A stretch of 64,000 nucleotides of DNA from positions 32,001 to 96,000 of the forward strand of contig JAPDKB010000008.1 in the NCBI GenBank assembly GCA_029258795.1. The letters run 5' to 3'. Every line of letters begins with the position of its first letter. The first letter of the stretch is position 1. Shown piece by piece: positions 20,617-29,583 of this stretch. The position numbers and the translations under genes are program-made. The notes under the pieces are model-generated. The model did not search any database. It had not been told where the DNA came from and was given only the letters and a program-made list of their open reading frames with translations. The DNA is from an archaeon (GTDB lineage: Archaea; EX4484-52; WAPT01).

Positions 20617-20970
20617 ATGGGAGTAAAGGAAGTGGTTGATGATACAGATACCTCGAAGGAAGTGCTCAGAAAGGTTATTCTGGAGGAACTAGCAGATATA
20701 AAAAGAAGACTGGACAAACTAGATAAACTAGATGATATTGAGAGGAGAATCGATGATATTGAAGAGAGACTGAATAAGATAGAGAAAAGTGTAAGAAGAC
20801 TTAATTGGCGTGTGGGGGAGTTAGAAGAGGAAGTCGATTCCTTAAGACGTCGCTTAAGTGGGCGCCCCATTATCTTTGATGATGACAAGGTTCCGGTGAT
20901 CGAACCAACGCCTGCATTGGGCGGCATAATGAGCTGCGAGTGGGACAGATCCGGACAGAGCCTTGATTGA
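20617..20970 (+). CDS. Coiled-coil hypothetical protein
   Basis: Strong SD; heptad repeats LDKLDKLDDIERRIDDIEERL. Confidence 0.7.
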   Translation: MGVKEVVDDTDTSKEVLRKVILEELADIKRRLDKLDKLDDIERRIDDIEERLNKIEKSVRRLNWRVGELEEEVDSLRRRLSGRPIIFDDDKVPVIEPTPALGGIMSCEWDRSGQSLD

Positions 20971-21316
20971 TTAACTTCGAACTAAAGCATATCCTAAAAT
21001 TTACGCGAATGCAACATTCTCTTAATTTTTTTCGAAATGACGTGACTGCGGAATTTTCCCTGACTAGAAAAGTATATAAGTGTTAAGGATTAAAGATGAC
21101 TCTGTTCAAAAAAACGAGTTCTTTATATTTGGTGTTGAAGCTTGGACGTGTTGGACATGTTGGTGTTTTTTCTACTCGAACATATGATCTCCTGTGTCCC
21201 GCTCCTCCAGTCAGGGAGGAGGGAACAGGAGGTGAGGAGGTGGGGTTATGAAGGATTTGGAATGGTTGATTGAAGTGACACAGCGAGAGCGTGAAAGGCA
21301 GTAGAAGTTACAGAAT

Positions 21317-21610
21317 ATGGAATTTATGAAGGTATTCAAGGAGATTGAGGAACTCGAGAGACAAAAGGAAGAGTATCGTAGTAAGGTTGAGGAAGTTGAG
21401 AAGCAGATACAAGAATTGGGGTCACGATTGAGATGTGCAGATGTGGATGAGAAATTTAGTTATTCGGTTGAGATTCGTAAAGATGTGGTAGTGTTCAGAG
21501 TGAGACGCCGAAGAGATATGAGTGTTGAGGGTCAGGTAGAGATTCCACATGATATGTTGCAAGGGTTTGTGGATTGGTTGAGACGGAAAGGTGTGATAGA
21601 TGTGAGGTGA
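21317..21610 (+). CDS. Hypothetical protein with N-terminal coiled coil
   Basis: ORF with protein-like composition. Confidence 0.55.
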   Translation: MEFMKVFKEIEELERQKEEYRSKVEEVEKQIQELGSRLRCADVDEKFSYSVEIRKDVVVFRVRRRRDMSVEGQVEIPHDMLQGFVDWLRRKGVIDVR

Positions 21611-21997
21611 TGAAATGCAGTATGAGGTGATCGGTGAGTGGGAGGCAGTGACCTTTCAGAGACAAAGGACCGAATAACAGAGATTCTGAAAAAGAGAGGC
21701 GTTGGGTATGGTGACGAGGGCGGGTAACAGTAGTATGTTGGGACGTGAGGGTGAAATCGATGTCCTTGAGACAGATGATCTGATGCAAAAGAAAGCTCTA
21801 GTATGCTGGCTAGAGAAAATGATGCTAATCGCACTTTGGCACTCCAACGATCTTACAACAAGCGTTCTCAAAAAATAGAAGAGATGGAGATAATAAAAGA
21901 GAAAGGCAAGACAACGTCCAAAGAGATTCTAGAGATCATAGATCAAATAGAACAATTACTAGAGGTATTAAAACAAAAGGTTTCTAGTTCTTCTTAA
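21610..21997 (+). pseudogene. Frameshifted paralog of ORF 14671..15072
   Basis: Fragments in different frames: SDLSETKDRITEILKK and MLGREGEIDVLETDDLMQKKALVCWLEKM (from 21735), versus WDGEDTEMQRKITGSIRK and LLGSEGEIDTLEINLIRKIACRHWLQEL. Confidence 0.6.
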
Positions 21998-22220
21998 TTT
22001 TTTTGTATTTTGTAAGTTGGGTTTTATTTTTCGATTTATGGGAAAATTATCCAATTAAGTGGATTGTATCGTGTGTTGTGAGAAGGTTAGTCGAAATGAG
22101 AGATGAGTGTTGTCACGTTGGTGTGCTCAACGTAACAACAATAATCTATATAAAGATTTTTTCGCTCACAATATATCAACATATCACACGTGAGCTCCGC
22201 CCAGAAAAAGATGAAGGTGA

Positions 22221-22385
22221 GTGAACTTGGTCATATACGTTAAGGTGATATGCCCGAAATGCGGCGGCACCTTTGAATGGAAATGGGGTCGTCAAAAAGG
22301 CGTGTGCGATATATGTGAGGCGGAGCTCACGATAAGGGATGTCAAGCTTGCCAAAGGCGAGATTTTGAAGCTATTGCAAGGTTGA
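22221..22385 (+). CDS. Small zinc-ribbon protein (54 aa)
   Basis: Manual translation: CPKC...CDIC; below ORF-track length cutoff. Confidence 0.55.
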   Translation: MNLVIYVKVICPKCGGTFEWKWGRQKGVCDICEAELTIRDVKLAKGEILKLLQG

Positions 22386-22473
22386 TGAGATTTCTTGCAA
22401 AAACTGAAATTGGTTGTTGAAGTCATTGAAATTAATGTGTTTCGTGGATATTGGAAGCAAGCCAACACATTCT

Positions 22474-22680
22474 TCAAAAATCGTATCTTGGATCTCTCCC
22501 CCATCCACGGTACATTATACCTTCTATGTATACTCTAGGCGGAACGCTGCCTTCGAGGGGACCTTTAAGTAATTCTGCTCTTGAAAAAGCTGCATCTAAA
22601 GCCGCTTCCTCAGTAATGGGTCCACATATATTTTTCGCCCTTTCAAATACGTAGCTTTCCCTTCCAAACATTTTCAACAC
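22474..22680 (-). CDS. Hypothetical protein
   Basis: Short ORF directly downstream of 22693..23061. Confidence 0.4.
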   Translation of the reverse strand: MLKMFGRESYVFERAKNICGPITEEAALDAAFSRAELLKGPLEGSVPPRVYIEGIMYRGWGRDPRYDF

Positions 22681-22692
22681 CCCCGTTGAAAT

Positions 22693-23061
22693 TTAGCTTA
22701 TGTGAGATATCTCCAAACTCTTGCAAGTTTGGGCAAGATCCTGCTCAAGGTTTATAATGTTCTTGTAGACGATCTCTTCCAAAAACGCTCTCACCTGTTT
22801 GGCAATTTCAGGAATATGCTTTTCATAAAGTTTTTTATTTTTCTTAAGATCATTCTCGACATTAACTACCTGCCTGTAAAGATTTTCAAGACCCCATAGT
22901 TCCTCGATTTTATTGTGATTTGCTGCTCCCGCTTTTGCTATGTTAAGTGCTTCCTTAACCTCATTAACGGCACCCAGCACACCTTGGTAAGTGAGCCGGG
23001 GATTTTCAAGAGATTTGATCGCACCATACACCTTTTTTTCAGCAAGTCTATATTCAAACAT
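22693..23061 (-). CDS. Hypothetical helical protein
   Basis: SD-like GGGGGTG upstream; 122 aa ORF. Confidence 0.6.
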   Translation of the reverse strand: MFEYRLAEKKVYGAIKSLENPRLTYQGVLGAVNEVKEALNIAKAGAANHNKIEELWGLENLYRQVVNVENDLKKNKKLYEKHIPEIAKQVRAFLEEIVYKNIINLEQDLAQTCKSLEISHIS

Positions 23062-23206
23062 CCCACAACCACCCCCAAAATTTTCTTGCTCTTTATTATG
23101 GTATTAAAAGTATTTAAATGTTTCGTTACTTTTAAGTGGTTACAATTTAAAAAGGTTAAACATTTAAAGATGTCCTCAAAATTTAAAAAGGCAAGGGGTG
23201 TGTGGT

Positions 23207-23785
23207 ATGGCCAAAAGCAAGAAGGACGAGAACTTCGTTGACAAGGAGGATGAGATAAAGATAGAGAATGTTGTGGTTTCTGCTGACTTGAAAACACGTT
23301 TACCTCTTGAAAAGATAGCGATGGAACTGGAAGGAGCTGAATATGAACCCGAGAGCTTTCCCGGTCTGGTTTACAGAATAAAGGAGCCAAAAGCTTCCCT
23401 GCTGATTTTCACCACCGGTAAGATAATATGCGCGGGCACACGCTCTCAGGAAATCGCAATGCAGGCCATAAAAAAGGTCATTCAGGACCTCAGAAAGATC
23501 GGAATTGAGGTAAAGGGCGAGCCAGAACTGAAAGTGGAGAACCTTGTAGCTTCCGCTAATCTCAAGGCGAGATTCGATCTGAACCGCATAGTTTACGAGC
23601 TTGAGGATTGTGAGTACGAGCCGGAGCAGTTCCCGGGCTTGGTGCACAGGATGGAGGACCCACCTGTTGTGTTCCTCATCTTCAACTCGGGAAGGCTCGT
23701 GTGTACTGGCGCTAGGTCAAAAGAGGAAGTGAAGAGAGCCATAAACAACCTCAAGAAAGAGCTTGAGGCGATAGGTGCGTTCTAA
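23207..23785 (+). CDS. tbp: TATA-box binding protein
   Basis: Two repeats of ENxVxS...YEPExFPGLVxR...LIFxxGxxxCxG. Confidence 0.97.
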   Translation: MAKSKKDENFVDKEDEIKIENVVVSADLKTRLPLEKIAMELEGAEYEPESFPGLVYRIKEPKASLLIFTTGKIICAGTRSQEIAMQAIKKVIQDLRKIGIEVKGEPELKVENLVASANLKARFDLNRIVYELEDCEYEPEQFPGLVHRMEDPPVVFLIFNSGRLVCTGARSKEEVKRAINNLKKELEAIGAF

Positions 23786-23821
23786 ATTCTTCCCACTCAA
23801 AATATTTTTGGGTGAGATTTC

Positions 23822-24421
23822 ATGAAGTTGCTGTGTGCTTCAGATTACCATGCAAACCACCGCTTTCTTGAGAGCACTGTGGAGCACGCTGAAAAGCTGG
23901 AGCCGGATGTGTTCGTTTACTGTGGGGATTTCGTAATGCAGGAGTATGCGGAGGAACTCATAAAAAGGTTGGAGGAAGTTGGCGTGCCGGTGCTTGCGGT
24001 TGCCGGCAATCTTGATCTCGGTATCATCTATGAAAGCGAGATGTCGGAAATAGTGATGTACGGTTTGAGAGAGCTTAAGGGCTATCACTTTTTACTTGTG
24101 AGCGCCACCTATCCCTTCATTCTGGATGAAGCTCTTGCCGATGTTGAGGGTATAGACCCTTCCAAGCTGATATTCGTGACACATTACCCGCCAAAAGGTG
24201 TGCTTGACAAAATATGGAGCAACGAGCATGTTGGCTATGATGGTTATGCTGAATTTGATGAGAATGTCAAGCCAGCGCTCCACGTTTTCGGTCACATTCA
24301 TGAGGACAACGGGTTTGAGATTAAGAGCAACACGATTTTTGTTAATTGCGCTGCCACACCATCCAGAAAGATCTACTTGGTTGATCTGAAAAAAAGAGAG
24401 GTAAGGGATGTTAAGCTATGA
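23822..24421 (+). CDS. Calcineurin-like metallophosphoesterase
   Basis: SDYH, GD, GNLD, THYPP, GHIHE. Confidence 0.88.
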   Translation: MKLLCASDYHANHRFLESTVEHAEKLEPDVFVYCGDFVMQEYAEELIKRLEEVGVPVLAVAGNLDLGIIYESEMSEIVMYGLRELKGYHFLLVSATYPFILDEALADVEGIDPSKLIFVTHYPPKGVLDKIWSNEHVGYDGYAEFDENVKPALHVFGHIHEDNGFEIKSNTIFVNCAATPSRKIYLVDLKKREVRDVKL

Positions 24422-25353
24422 AGCAAAAGCTGAATGTGCCGCGGCTCTTCAGGGAGCGCTACAGGAGGATTCTTGGGGATGAGGTAAAGGTTCTTGTTGA
24501 TTACTGCTTCAAACCGCTCAGGAAAAGCATAAGGATCAACACGCTAAAGATTGATGTGGATGAATGTGTGAAAATGCTTGAATCCAAAGGGTGGGAACTG
24601 AAGCAGGTGCCATGGTGTAGCAACGGCTTCTGGGTGGAGAACAGAAATGAGGAGCAGCTTGGAAACACGCTGGAGCACTTTATGGGCTACTATTACGTGC
24701 AGGAAGCATCATCCATGATCCCTCCTATTGTGCTGCAGCCAGAGGAAAAGGATTTCGTGCTTGACATAGCTGCCGCGCCAGGCTCTAAGACCACGCAGAT
24801 GGCTGAAATGATGAAGAACAAGGGGTGTATAGTGGCAAACGACATCCAGATTCAGCGGATAAAGGTGTTGAGGTTCAATCTGGAGAAGCTCGGAGTCATA
24901 AACACCGTTGTGACGAGAATGGATGGAAGGAAGTTCATAAAGTTTAAGGAGAGGTTTGATAAAGTTCTGGTGGATGCCCCTTGCTCATCCGAGGGTATCA
25001 TGAGGAAGGACTGGAAAGCGTTTTCCAGATGGAACATCAAATTCATAAAGGAGATGGCAAAGCTGCAGAAAAAGCTGGTGGATGCTGCTGCGGTCACGCT
25101 TAAGAGAGGGGGTGTAATGGTTTACTCCACATGCACCATGTCTCCGGAGGAGAATGAGGCGGTGGTGGATTATGCTGTAAAGAAGCACGGGCTGGTGGTG
25201 GAGAAGGTAAAGGTTAAGGGGCTTAAAGCCAGGCACGGCATAACTGAATGGGAAAGCCAGCAATTCGATGAAAGTGTGAGGAACTGCTTGCGCATCTGGC
25301 CTCAGGATAATGACAGCGAGGGATTTTTCGTTGCAAAGTTGAGGAAGGAGTGA
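24418..25353 (+). CDS. NOL1/NOP2/Sun family RNA m5C methyltransferase
   Basis: QEASSM, AAAPGSKT, DAPCS, YSTCT...ENE. Confidence 0.93.
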   Translation: MKQKLNVPRLFRERYRRILGDEVKVLVDYCFKPLRKSIRINTLKIDVDECVKMLESKGWELKQVPWCSNGFWVENRNEEQLGNTLEHFMGYYYVQEASSMIPPIVLQPEEKDFVLDIAAAPGSKTTQMAEMMKNKGCIVANDIQIQRIKVLRFNLEKLGVINTVVTRMDGRKFIKFKERFDKVLVDAPCSSEGIMRKDWKAFSRWNIKFIKEMAKLQKKLVDAAAVTLKRGGVMVYSTCTMSPEENEAVVDYAVKKHGLVVEKVKVKGLKARHGITEWESQQFDESVRNCLRIWPQDNDSEGFFVAKLRKE

Positions 25354-25358
25354 GGGAA

Positions 25359-25826
25359 ATGAGCAAGCTGAAAATTATGAGTGAAGAGGAAAAGAGGGAG
25401 ATGCTGGACTATCTGGAGGAGAGGTTCGGGATAGATAGGGGTGTATTTAACGGTTACATTTTCATTAAGAGCGGGAGGAAGGTGTGGATAACAAACAGGG
25501 ATGTTGTGGAGAAGAACTTCTCCGGGATGAATGTGGAAGCTGCGGGCATGCTTTTTGTTAGATGGGAAAAAATTAAGGACAAGATCAAGATCACCACGAA
25601 TGCTGCGCAGATTTTTGGAAAGTACGCAACAAAGAACGTTGTGGAAGTGGATGAAATTCAGCTCCACCAAGTTCTATGCGGACTCAACCTGTATGATGTG
25701 GATGTTGATTGTGAAGACGGATACGTGCTTTTAAAGTATGGGGAACACATTCTTGGGGTGGGGTTGAAGCACGGGAACTTCATCAAAAACCTGATTCCAA
25801 AAGCAAGGAGAGTTAAAAAGCTTTAA
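25359..25826 (+). CDS. RsmF C-terminal/Nip7-like PUA-fold accessory protein
   Basis: Follows the m5C methyltransferase; GYVLL...LGVG...IKNLIPK. Confidence 0.65.
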   Translation: MSKLKIMSEEEKREMLDYLEERFGIDRGVFNGYIFIKSGRKVWITNRDVVEKNFSGMNVEAAGMLFVRWEKIKDKIKITTNAAQIFGKYATKNVVEVDEIQLHQVLCGLNLYDVDVDCEDGYVLLKYGEHILGVGLKHGNFIKNLIPKARRVKKL

Positions 25827-25930
25827 AACTTTGGCTTTAAAAGGGTGAATTGAAAGCAAAAAAATTCGCTTCATGGATTTTTCAGTTAGGACGCATGTTG
25901 TGTTTGAGCAGATAGCTCCATGTTCTTCCA

Positions 25931-26035
25931 AATCCCGGCTCCGGGGACAGTGCTTTCTCTCATCCTTCCTCTCCAGACGGAATTCTTATCCGTCGCATCC
26001 CCCATGAGAAAAGCGTCCATACCGGAGCCCGGATT
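25931..26035 (+). ncRNA. About 105-nt long irregular hairpin directly 5' of the tRNA-Gly-like gene
   Basis: Nested pairings AATCC/GGATT, GGCTCCGG/CCGGAGCC, GGAC/GTCC, GCTTT(C)TCTCAT/ATGAGAAAAGC, GACGGA/TCCGTC. Confidence 0.5.
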
Positions 26036-26039
26036 CCAT

Positions 26040-26110
26040 GCGGCCGTGGTGTAGTGGGATCACGCCCCGTATCCAGCGGGGAAACGCCGGTTCGATTCCG
26101 GCCGGCCGCA
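26040..26110 (+). tRNA. tRNA-Gly(UCC)-like gene with atypical anticodon loop
   Basis: Full cloverleaf (GCGGCCG/CGGCCGC, T-loop TTCGATT); anticodon loop TATCCAG has A33 and G38; no CCA. Confidence 0.6.
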
Positions 26111-26140
26111 AATTCATGAAGATGTGTGGAGGTGGAGAAG

Positions 26141-26305
26141 ATGGCACCTCCTGAGAAATGTGATGAGTGCGGTTCCACCAACCTCAAGAAAGTTGTGATC
26201 GCCAAAATACCAACAGGGCCAATGGTCATTGGAGGGAGCACACCGTTAATGGAGTTAGCAGTATATCAATGTCGAGAGTGTAAAAACATAATGGGTCCCA
26301 AGTAA
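26141..26305 (+). CDS. Small zinc-ribbon protein (54 aa)
   Basis: SD GGAGGTG; CDECG...CREC; manual translation. Confidence 0.7.
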   Translation: MAPPEKCDECGSTNLKKVVIAKIPTGPMVIGGSTPLMELAVYQCRECKNIMGPK

Positions 26306-26552
26306 AAGCAAGCTTTCAGACCATTTTATTTTTTCTTTTTATTTTTGGGAAATTTGTCCTGATTTTGGTTTTGGATGAATGTGGAAGGGGCTCAGTTCAG
26401 CAAAAGGTTTATAAATTTTCGAGATATGTGTGACTAAAGAGTAACAAAAGTTGTCGATGCTGTAAATAATGGATCCCGTGAAAAAGCGGGATACCTAATT
26501 CTGGTTTAAGTAGTGGACAGCGTGAAGATGGCTGTCTCTATCTGTCCCGCAT

Positions 26553-26599
26553 GCCCCTGTTCAGGTTTTCTTTCCCGGGTGCAATTCCCGGCAAGGGTC
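26553..26599 (+). ncRNA. Mini tRNA-like element (acceptor stem plus T-arm)
   Basis: GCCCCTG-15nt-CCGGG TGCAATT CCCGG-CAAGGGT; one mismatch in acceptor stem. Confidence 0.55.
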
Positions 26600-26624
26600 G
26601 GAAGATATTAAAAGGAGGTGAAGA

Positions 26625-26927
26625 ATGATGGTGTCGTACTGCGCAGCATCGGAAATGCTGAAGGGCACTTCCGAACTATGCGAGGTGTATCTGTTCGTTA
26701 TACTCTATCTATCTGGATTATTGGCCGCATACGTCATCATAAAGCTGGAGAGAGAGCCAGAGATTCTGGAAAAGCTGACGAACAAACTGAATAGGAAGAT
26801 AAGCTGGACTGGAAAGACGCTAGATAACATGGATGTTTGGGAAATAATAGTCACGAGCATCATTCTGATTTCGCCAGTGCTATTTGTTATTCCATTCCTG
26901 CTAGGGTTCTGCCCGCGCTACTGCTAG
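26625..26927 (+). CDS. Hypothetical two-TM membrane protein
   Basis: SD AGGAGGTGA; two hydrophobic helices. Confidence 0.7.
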   Translation: MMVSYCAASEMLKGTSELCEVYLFVILYLSGLLAAYVIIKLEREPEILEKLTNKLNRKISWTGKTLDNMDVWEIIVTSIILISPVLFVIPFLLGFCPRYC

Positions 26928-26967
26928 CATAAATGTCCGCTAAGCTTTTCCCCAAATTTTTTGTCAT

Positions 26968-27095
26968 GCCCCCGTAAGGTAGCCAGGCATCCTTCCTTCC
27001 GGCGGATGGTTCGTTTTTCTGGAAAAGGAGGAGGTGCTATCCCGCCGCCACCTCATTGCCGGAAGGAAACCCGGGTTCAAATCCCGGCGGGGGCA
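26968..27095 (+). ncRNA. tRNA-like RNA with the anticodon loop replaced by a branched insert of about 60 nt
   Basis: Acceptor GCCCCCG/CGGGGGC, D-arm, extended stem CCTTCCGGC/GCCGGAAGG, canonical T-arm; no BHB or 7-nt anticodon loop found. Confidence 0.65.
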
Positions 27096-27139
27096 CTTTT
27101 CGAAATTTTTGGTGAAAACAAAACCTTCCTATTTTTTGT

Positions 27140-27185
27140 GCGGCCGAAAAAGCACTGTGTCCGGGTGCAATTCCCGGCGGCCGCT
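27140..27185 (+). ncRNA. Mini tRNA-like element (acceptor stem plus T-arm)
   Basis: GCGGCCG-14nt-CCGGG TGCAATT CCCGG-CGGCCGC; perfect 7+5 bp. Confidence 0.7.
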
Positions 27186-27209
27186 GGAAAACTGTGAAAA
27201 AAGGAGGAG

Positions 27210-27488
27210 GTGAGAATTTTGAGGGAGAAAAAACCGGGGTCTGATTGGATATTGATATGGGTTGAAAAGGATATTAAGAAAGAAGGTATGTTGAAGAAAA
27301 TAATAGAGTATGCTAGGGAAAATGAGTTGATTGAGCAGGATAGAAAGTGGCTTCACCCTACAGAAATAGAGGAAGTAGTAGGAAAGGTGCTAAAACACAT
27401 AATGAAAGAAAAAGATCCTAACGCACCCCTGACACCAGAGAGGGCTGAAGAGCTCTATAACAAACACTATGTCACCCACGAACACTAA
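27210..27488 (+). CDS. Hypothetical protein
   Basis: Strong SD AGGAGGAGGTGA; 92 aa ORF. Confidence 0.65.
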   Translation: MRILREKKPGSDWILIWVEKDIKKEGMLKKIIEYARENELIEQDRKWLHPTEIEEVVGKVLKHIMKEKDPNAPLTPERAEELYNKHYVTHEH

Positions 27489-27594
27489 TCGTCACCCATT
27501 AATTTTTATTTTTTGAAATTTATGGGAAGAAATTCCCGTTTAATTGAGATTAAAAAATTTAAATGCGAGAAATAAAAAGCTGTGTGTTGTTGGT

Positions 27595-27716
27595 GGGCCG
27601 GTGGTCTAGCCTGGAAGGACGCTGGCTTCGCACGCCAGAGACCCCGGGTTCAAATGCTGCGGAGCAAGCATGAATATGCTGGAACTCCGCAGCTGAGAAT
27701 CCCGGCCGGTCCACCA
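27595..27716 (+). tRNA. tRNA-Ala(CGC) with 45-nt intron at 59/60 (27655-27699)
   Basis: G3:U70 pair, anticodon loop TTCGCAC, BHB, CCA. Confidence 0.93.
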
Positions 27717-27719
27717 CAT

Positions 27720-28394
27720 CTATTTCAGCACTTTTCCTGTCATTTTCCACCATATGAGAAGGTCAAGCTCTCCCACCTGCATTTTCTTGTGATGTGCTAT
27801 ACCACACAACAACTTTTCAAGCTTGAGATAATCTTTTCTTTTTGAAAGATTTGGATCCCACCAGAAGGGTATACACCCTTCTCGATAAAGCCAGTCGAGC
27901 ACATGCCTGTCAACTATGGCAACATCAAGCTGTCCCGTGTTTCTTAAAAAGTGACTTGCCTCCTTGTATCCAATACCCTTGATATTTTTAACCAGCCATT
28001 CCCGAACCATTGCACTTTCTTCCAGCTTGAGCACTTCCAGCACTTCATCCATCTTTTGCCATGCATCGATGATGTATTTTGCTTTTCTCTGATAAAACCT
28101 CACCCCACATTTTCTGAGAGCATTACGAATCCGTCGCTCATCCATATTGTCATTCTCCTTTTCAGCGAGCATCTTCTGAAACTTCAGACCCGCAATTGCT
28201 GACGAATTGGCGGCAGAGATGCAGAACGCAAGCTCGGAAAATATGGTGGCGTCAAACTCCGTATCAAAATATGGCTGAAAGTTGTGATGTGTTTTTCCTT
28301 TCCTTCCAAGCTCGATGAATTTAAGCACTCTATCTCTTATCGCTTTTATCACTTCAGGCCTCTCCTCCAGACGTTTGTAAGCATCGCAGGACAT
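27720..28394 (-). CDS. ogg: 8-oxoguanine N-glycosylase/DNA lyase
   Basis: ELAFCI..ANSSA, KGIGYKEASHFLRN, AIVDRHV, C-terminal TGKVLK; start uncertain. Confidence 0.92.
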   Translation of the reverse strand: MSCDAYKRLEERPEVIKAIRDRVLKFIELGRKGKTHHNFQPYFDTEFDATIFSELAFCISAANSSAIAGLKFQKMLAEKENDNMDERRIRNALRKCGVRFYQRKAKYIIDAWQKMDEVLEVLKLEESAMVREWLVKNIKGIGYKEASHFLRNTGQLDVAIVDRHVLDWLYREGCIPFWWDPNLSKRKDYLKLEKLLCGIAHHKKMQVGELDLLIWWKMTGKVLK

Positions 28395-28783
28395 ATTCTG
28401 ACAACTCCCTCAAAGTTCTCTATCTTTTTGTGCACTTCCATCAGCTCATCCATGCTGTTGCATACCACTTCCACTATCAAATTGTGATCACCACTGGTTA
28501 TATATATCACTTCCACTTCCTTAAATCCCTTGAGTTTTTCGTAAACCTCAACCAGTTTTTCTGGTTTCACATCAATGCCAGTTAGCGATATTGCCATTCC
28601 TGCTCTCACGGGATCGATTAGAGCTTTGTATCCCAGCACAACACCGCTTGCTTCAAGCTTCTCTATCCTTTTTCTTATTGCTGCCTCACTTACCTTAAAA
28701 AGCTTTGCCAAAGCCACATTCGGGATTCTTGCGTTTCTTATCAGTGCTCTTATCAGGAGTTTATCGTTTATTCTATTCTTCAT
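28349..28783 (-). CDS. Lrp/AsnC family transcriptional regulator
   Basis: N-terminal HTH (VSEAAIRKRIEKL...GVVLGY) and SGDHNL in the RAM domain. Confidence 0.9.
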   Translation of the reverse strand: MKNRINDKLLIRALIRNARIPNVALAKLFKVSEAAIRKRIEKLEASGVVLGYKALIDPVRAGMAISLTGIDVKPEKLVEVYEKLKGFKEVEVIYITSGDHNLIVEVVCNSMDELMEVHKKIENFEGVVRICPAMLTNVWRRGLK

Positions 28784-28873
28784 ATTTCGCATTTCGAACT
28801 TAAAGTTTTTAAATCTTTAAAATAATGTTTATATAAGATACCGAAATGTTCGAATTTGTGAAGGTGGAAAAGA

Positions 28874-29458
28874 ATGGAGAAGACAATGGAGAATCTTGTC
28901 AAGGCGTTCATAGGGGAAAGTCAGGCAAGGAATCGCTATAACATGTATGCAAAGATCGCCAAGAAAGAGGGATACGAGCAGATAGCAGAAATATTTGAAA
29001 TCACAGCAGAAAATGAAAGAGAGCATGCAAAATGGCTCATGAAAATGATCCAAGAGTTGCTCAAAAAAATGAATAAGGGTATGAGCAGCATTAAGGTGGA
29101 GGCTGAAGCCCCTCTGGTTGTGGGAAACACAGTGGAGAACCTGAGGGCGGCTATAGAGGGGGAGCACTATGAGAACAGTGAAATGTATCCTGAATTTGCA
29201 AGGATTGCGGAAGAGGAAGGGCTGAAAGATATTGGTGAAAGGTTGAGAGCAATAGCGAAAGCTGAAGAGCATCACGAGGAGCGTTACAGGAAGCTGTTTG
29301 AGCTTGTGGAAGCAGGTAAGTTCTTCAAGAGGGATAAGGAAGTTGTGTGGGTTTGCAGGAAGTGCGGCTATGTCCGTACTGGGACAGAACCTCCAGCCAA
29401 ATGTCCTTCGTGTGACCACCCATACAATTACTTTCAGGTTAAGTGTGAGGAGTTTTGA
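28874..29458 (+). CDS. rbr: Rubrerythrin
   Basis: GESQARNRY, NEREHA, GEHYE, AEEHHE, CRKCG...CPSC. Confidence 0.95.
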   Translation: MEKTMENLVKAFIGESQARNRYNMYAKIAKKEGYEQIAEIFEITAENEREHAKWLMKMIQELLKKMNKGMSSIKVEAEAPLVVGNTVENLRAAIEGEHYENSEMYPEFARIAEEEGLKDIGERLRAIAKAEEHHEERYRKLFELVEAGKFFKRDKEVVWVCRKCGYVRTGTEPPAKCPSCDHPYNYFQVKCEEF

Positions 29459-29583
29459 TTTTCCCTCTTCCTTCCATTTATTCTCTGGAGTCGTTTAAAG
29501 CATTTACATTTAATTAGTGAAAAAACTGATGTGCAGGAAAGAAATATATTTTTGTTCTGCCCACCTTAATCTTGGTGAGTGTC

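Noticed and set aside
25931-26035. Long hairpin as 5S rRNA, SRP RNA or RNase P RNA
   Set aside because: I could not find the conserved signature sequences of these RNAs on either strand.
28784-28857. Possible Lrp operator (TTCG/CGAA half-sites) between the Lrp gene and rubrerythrin
   Set aside because: Short and degenerate; cannot be told from chance without comparative data.
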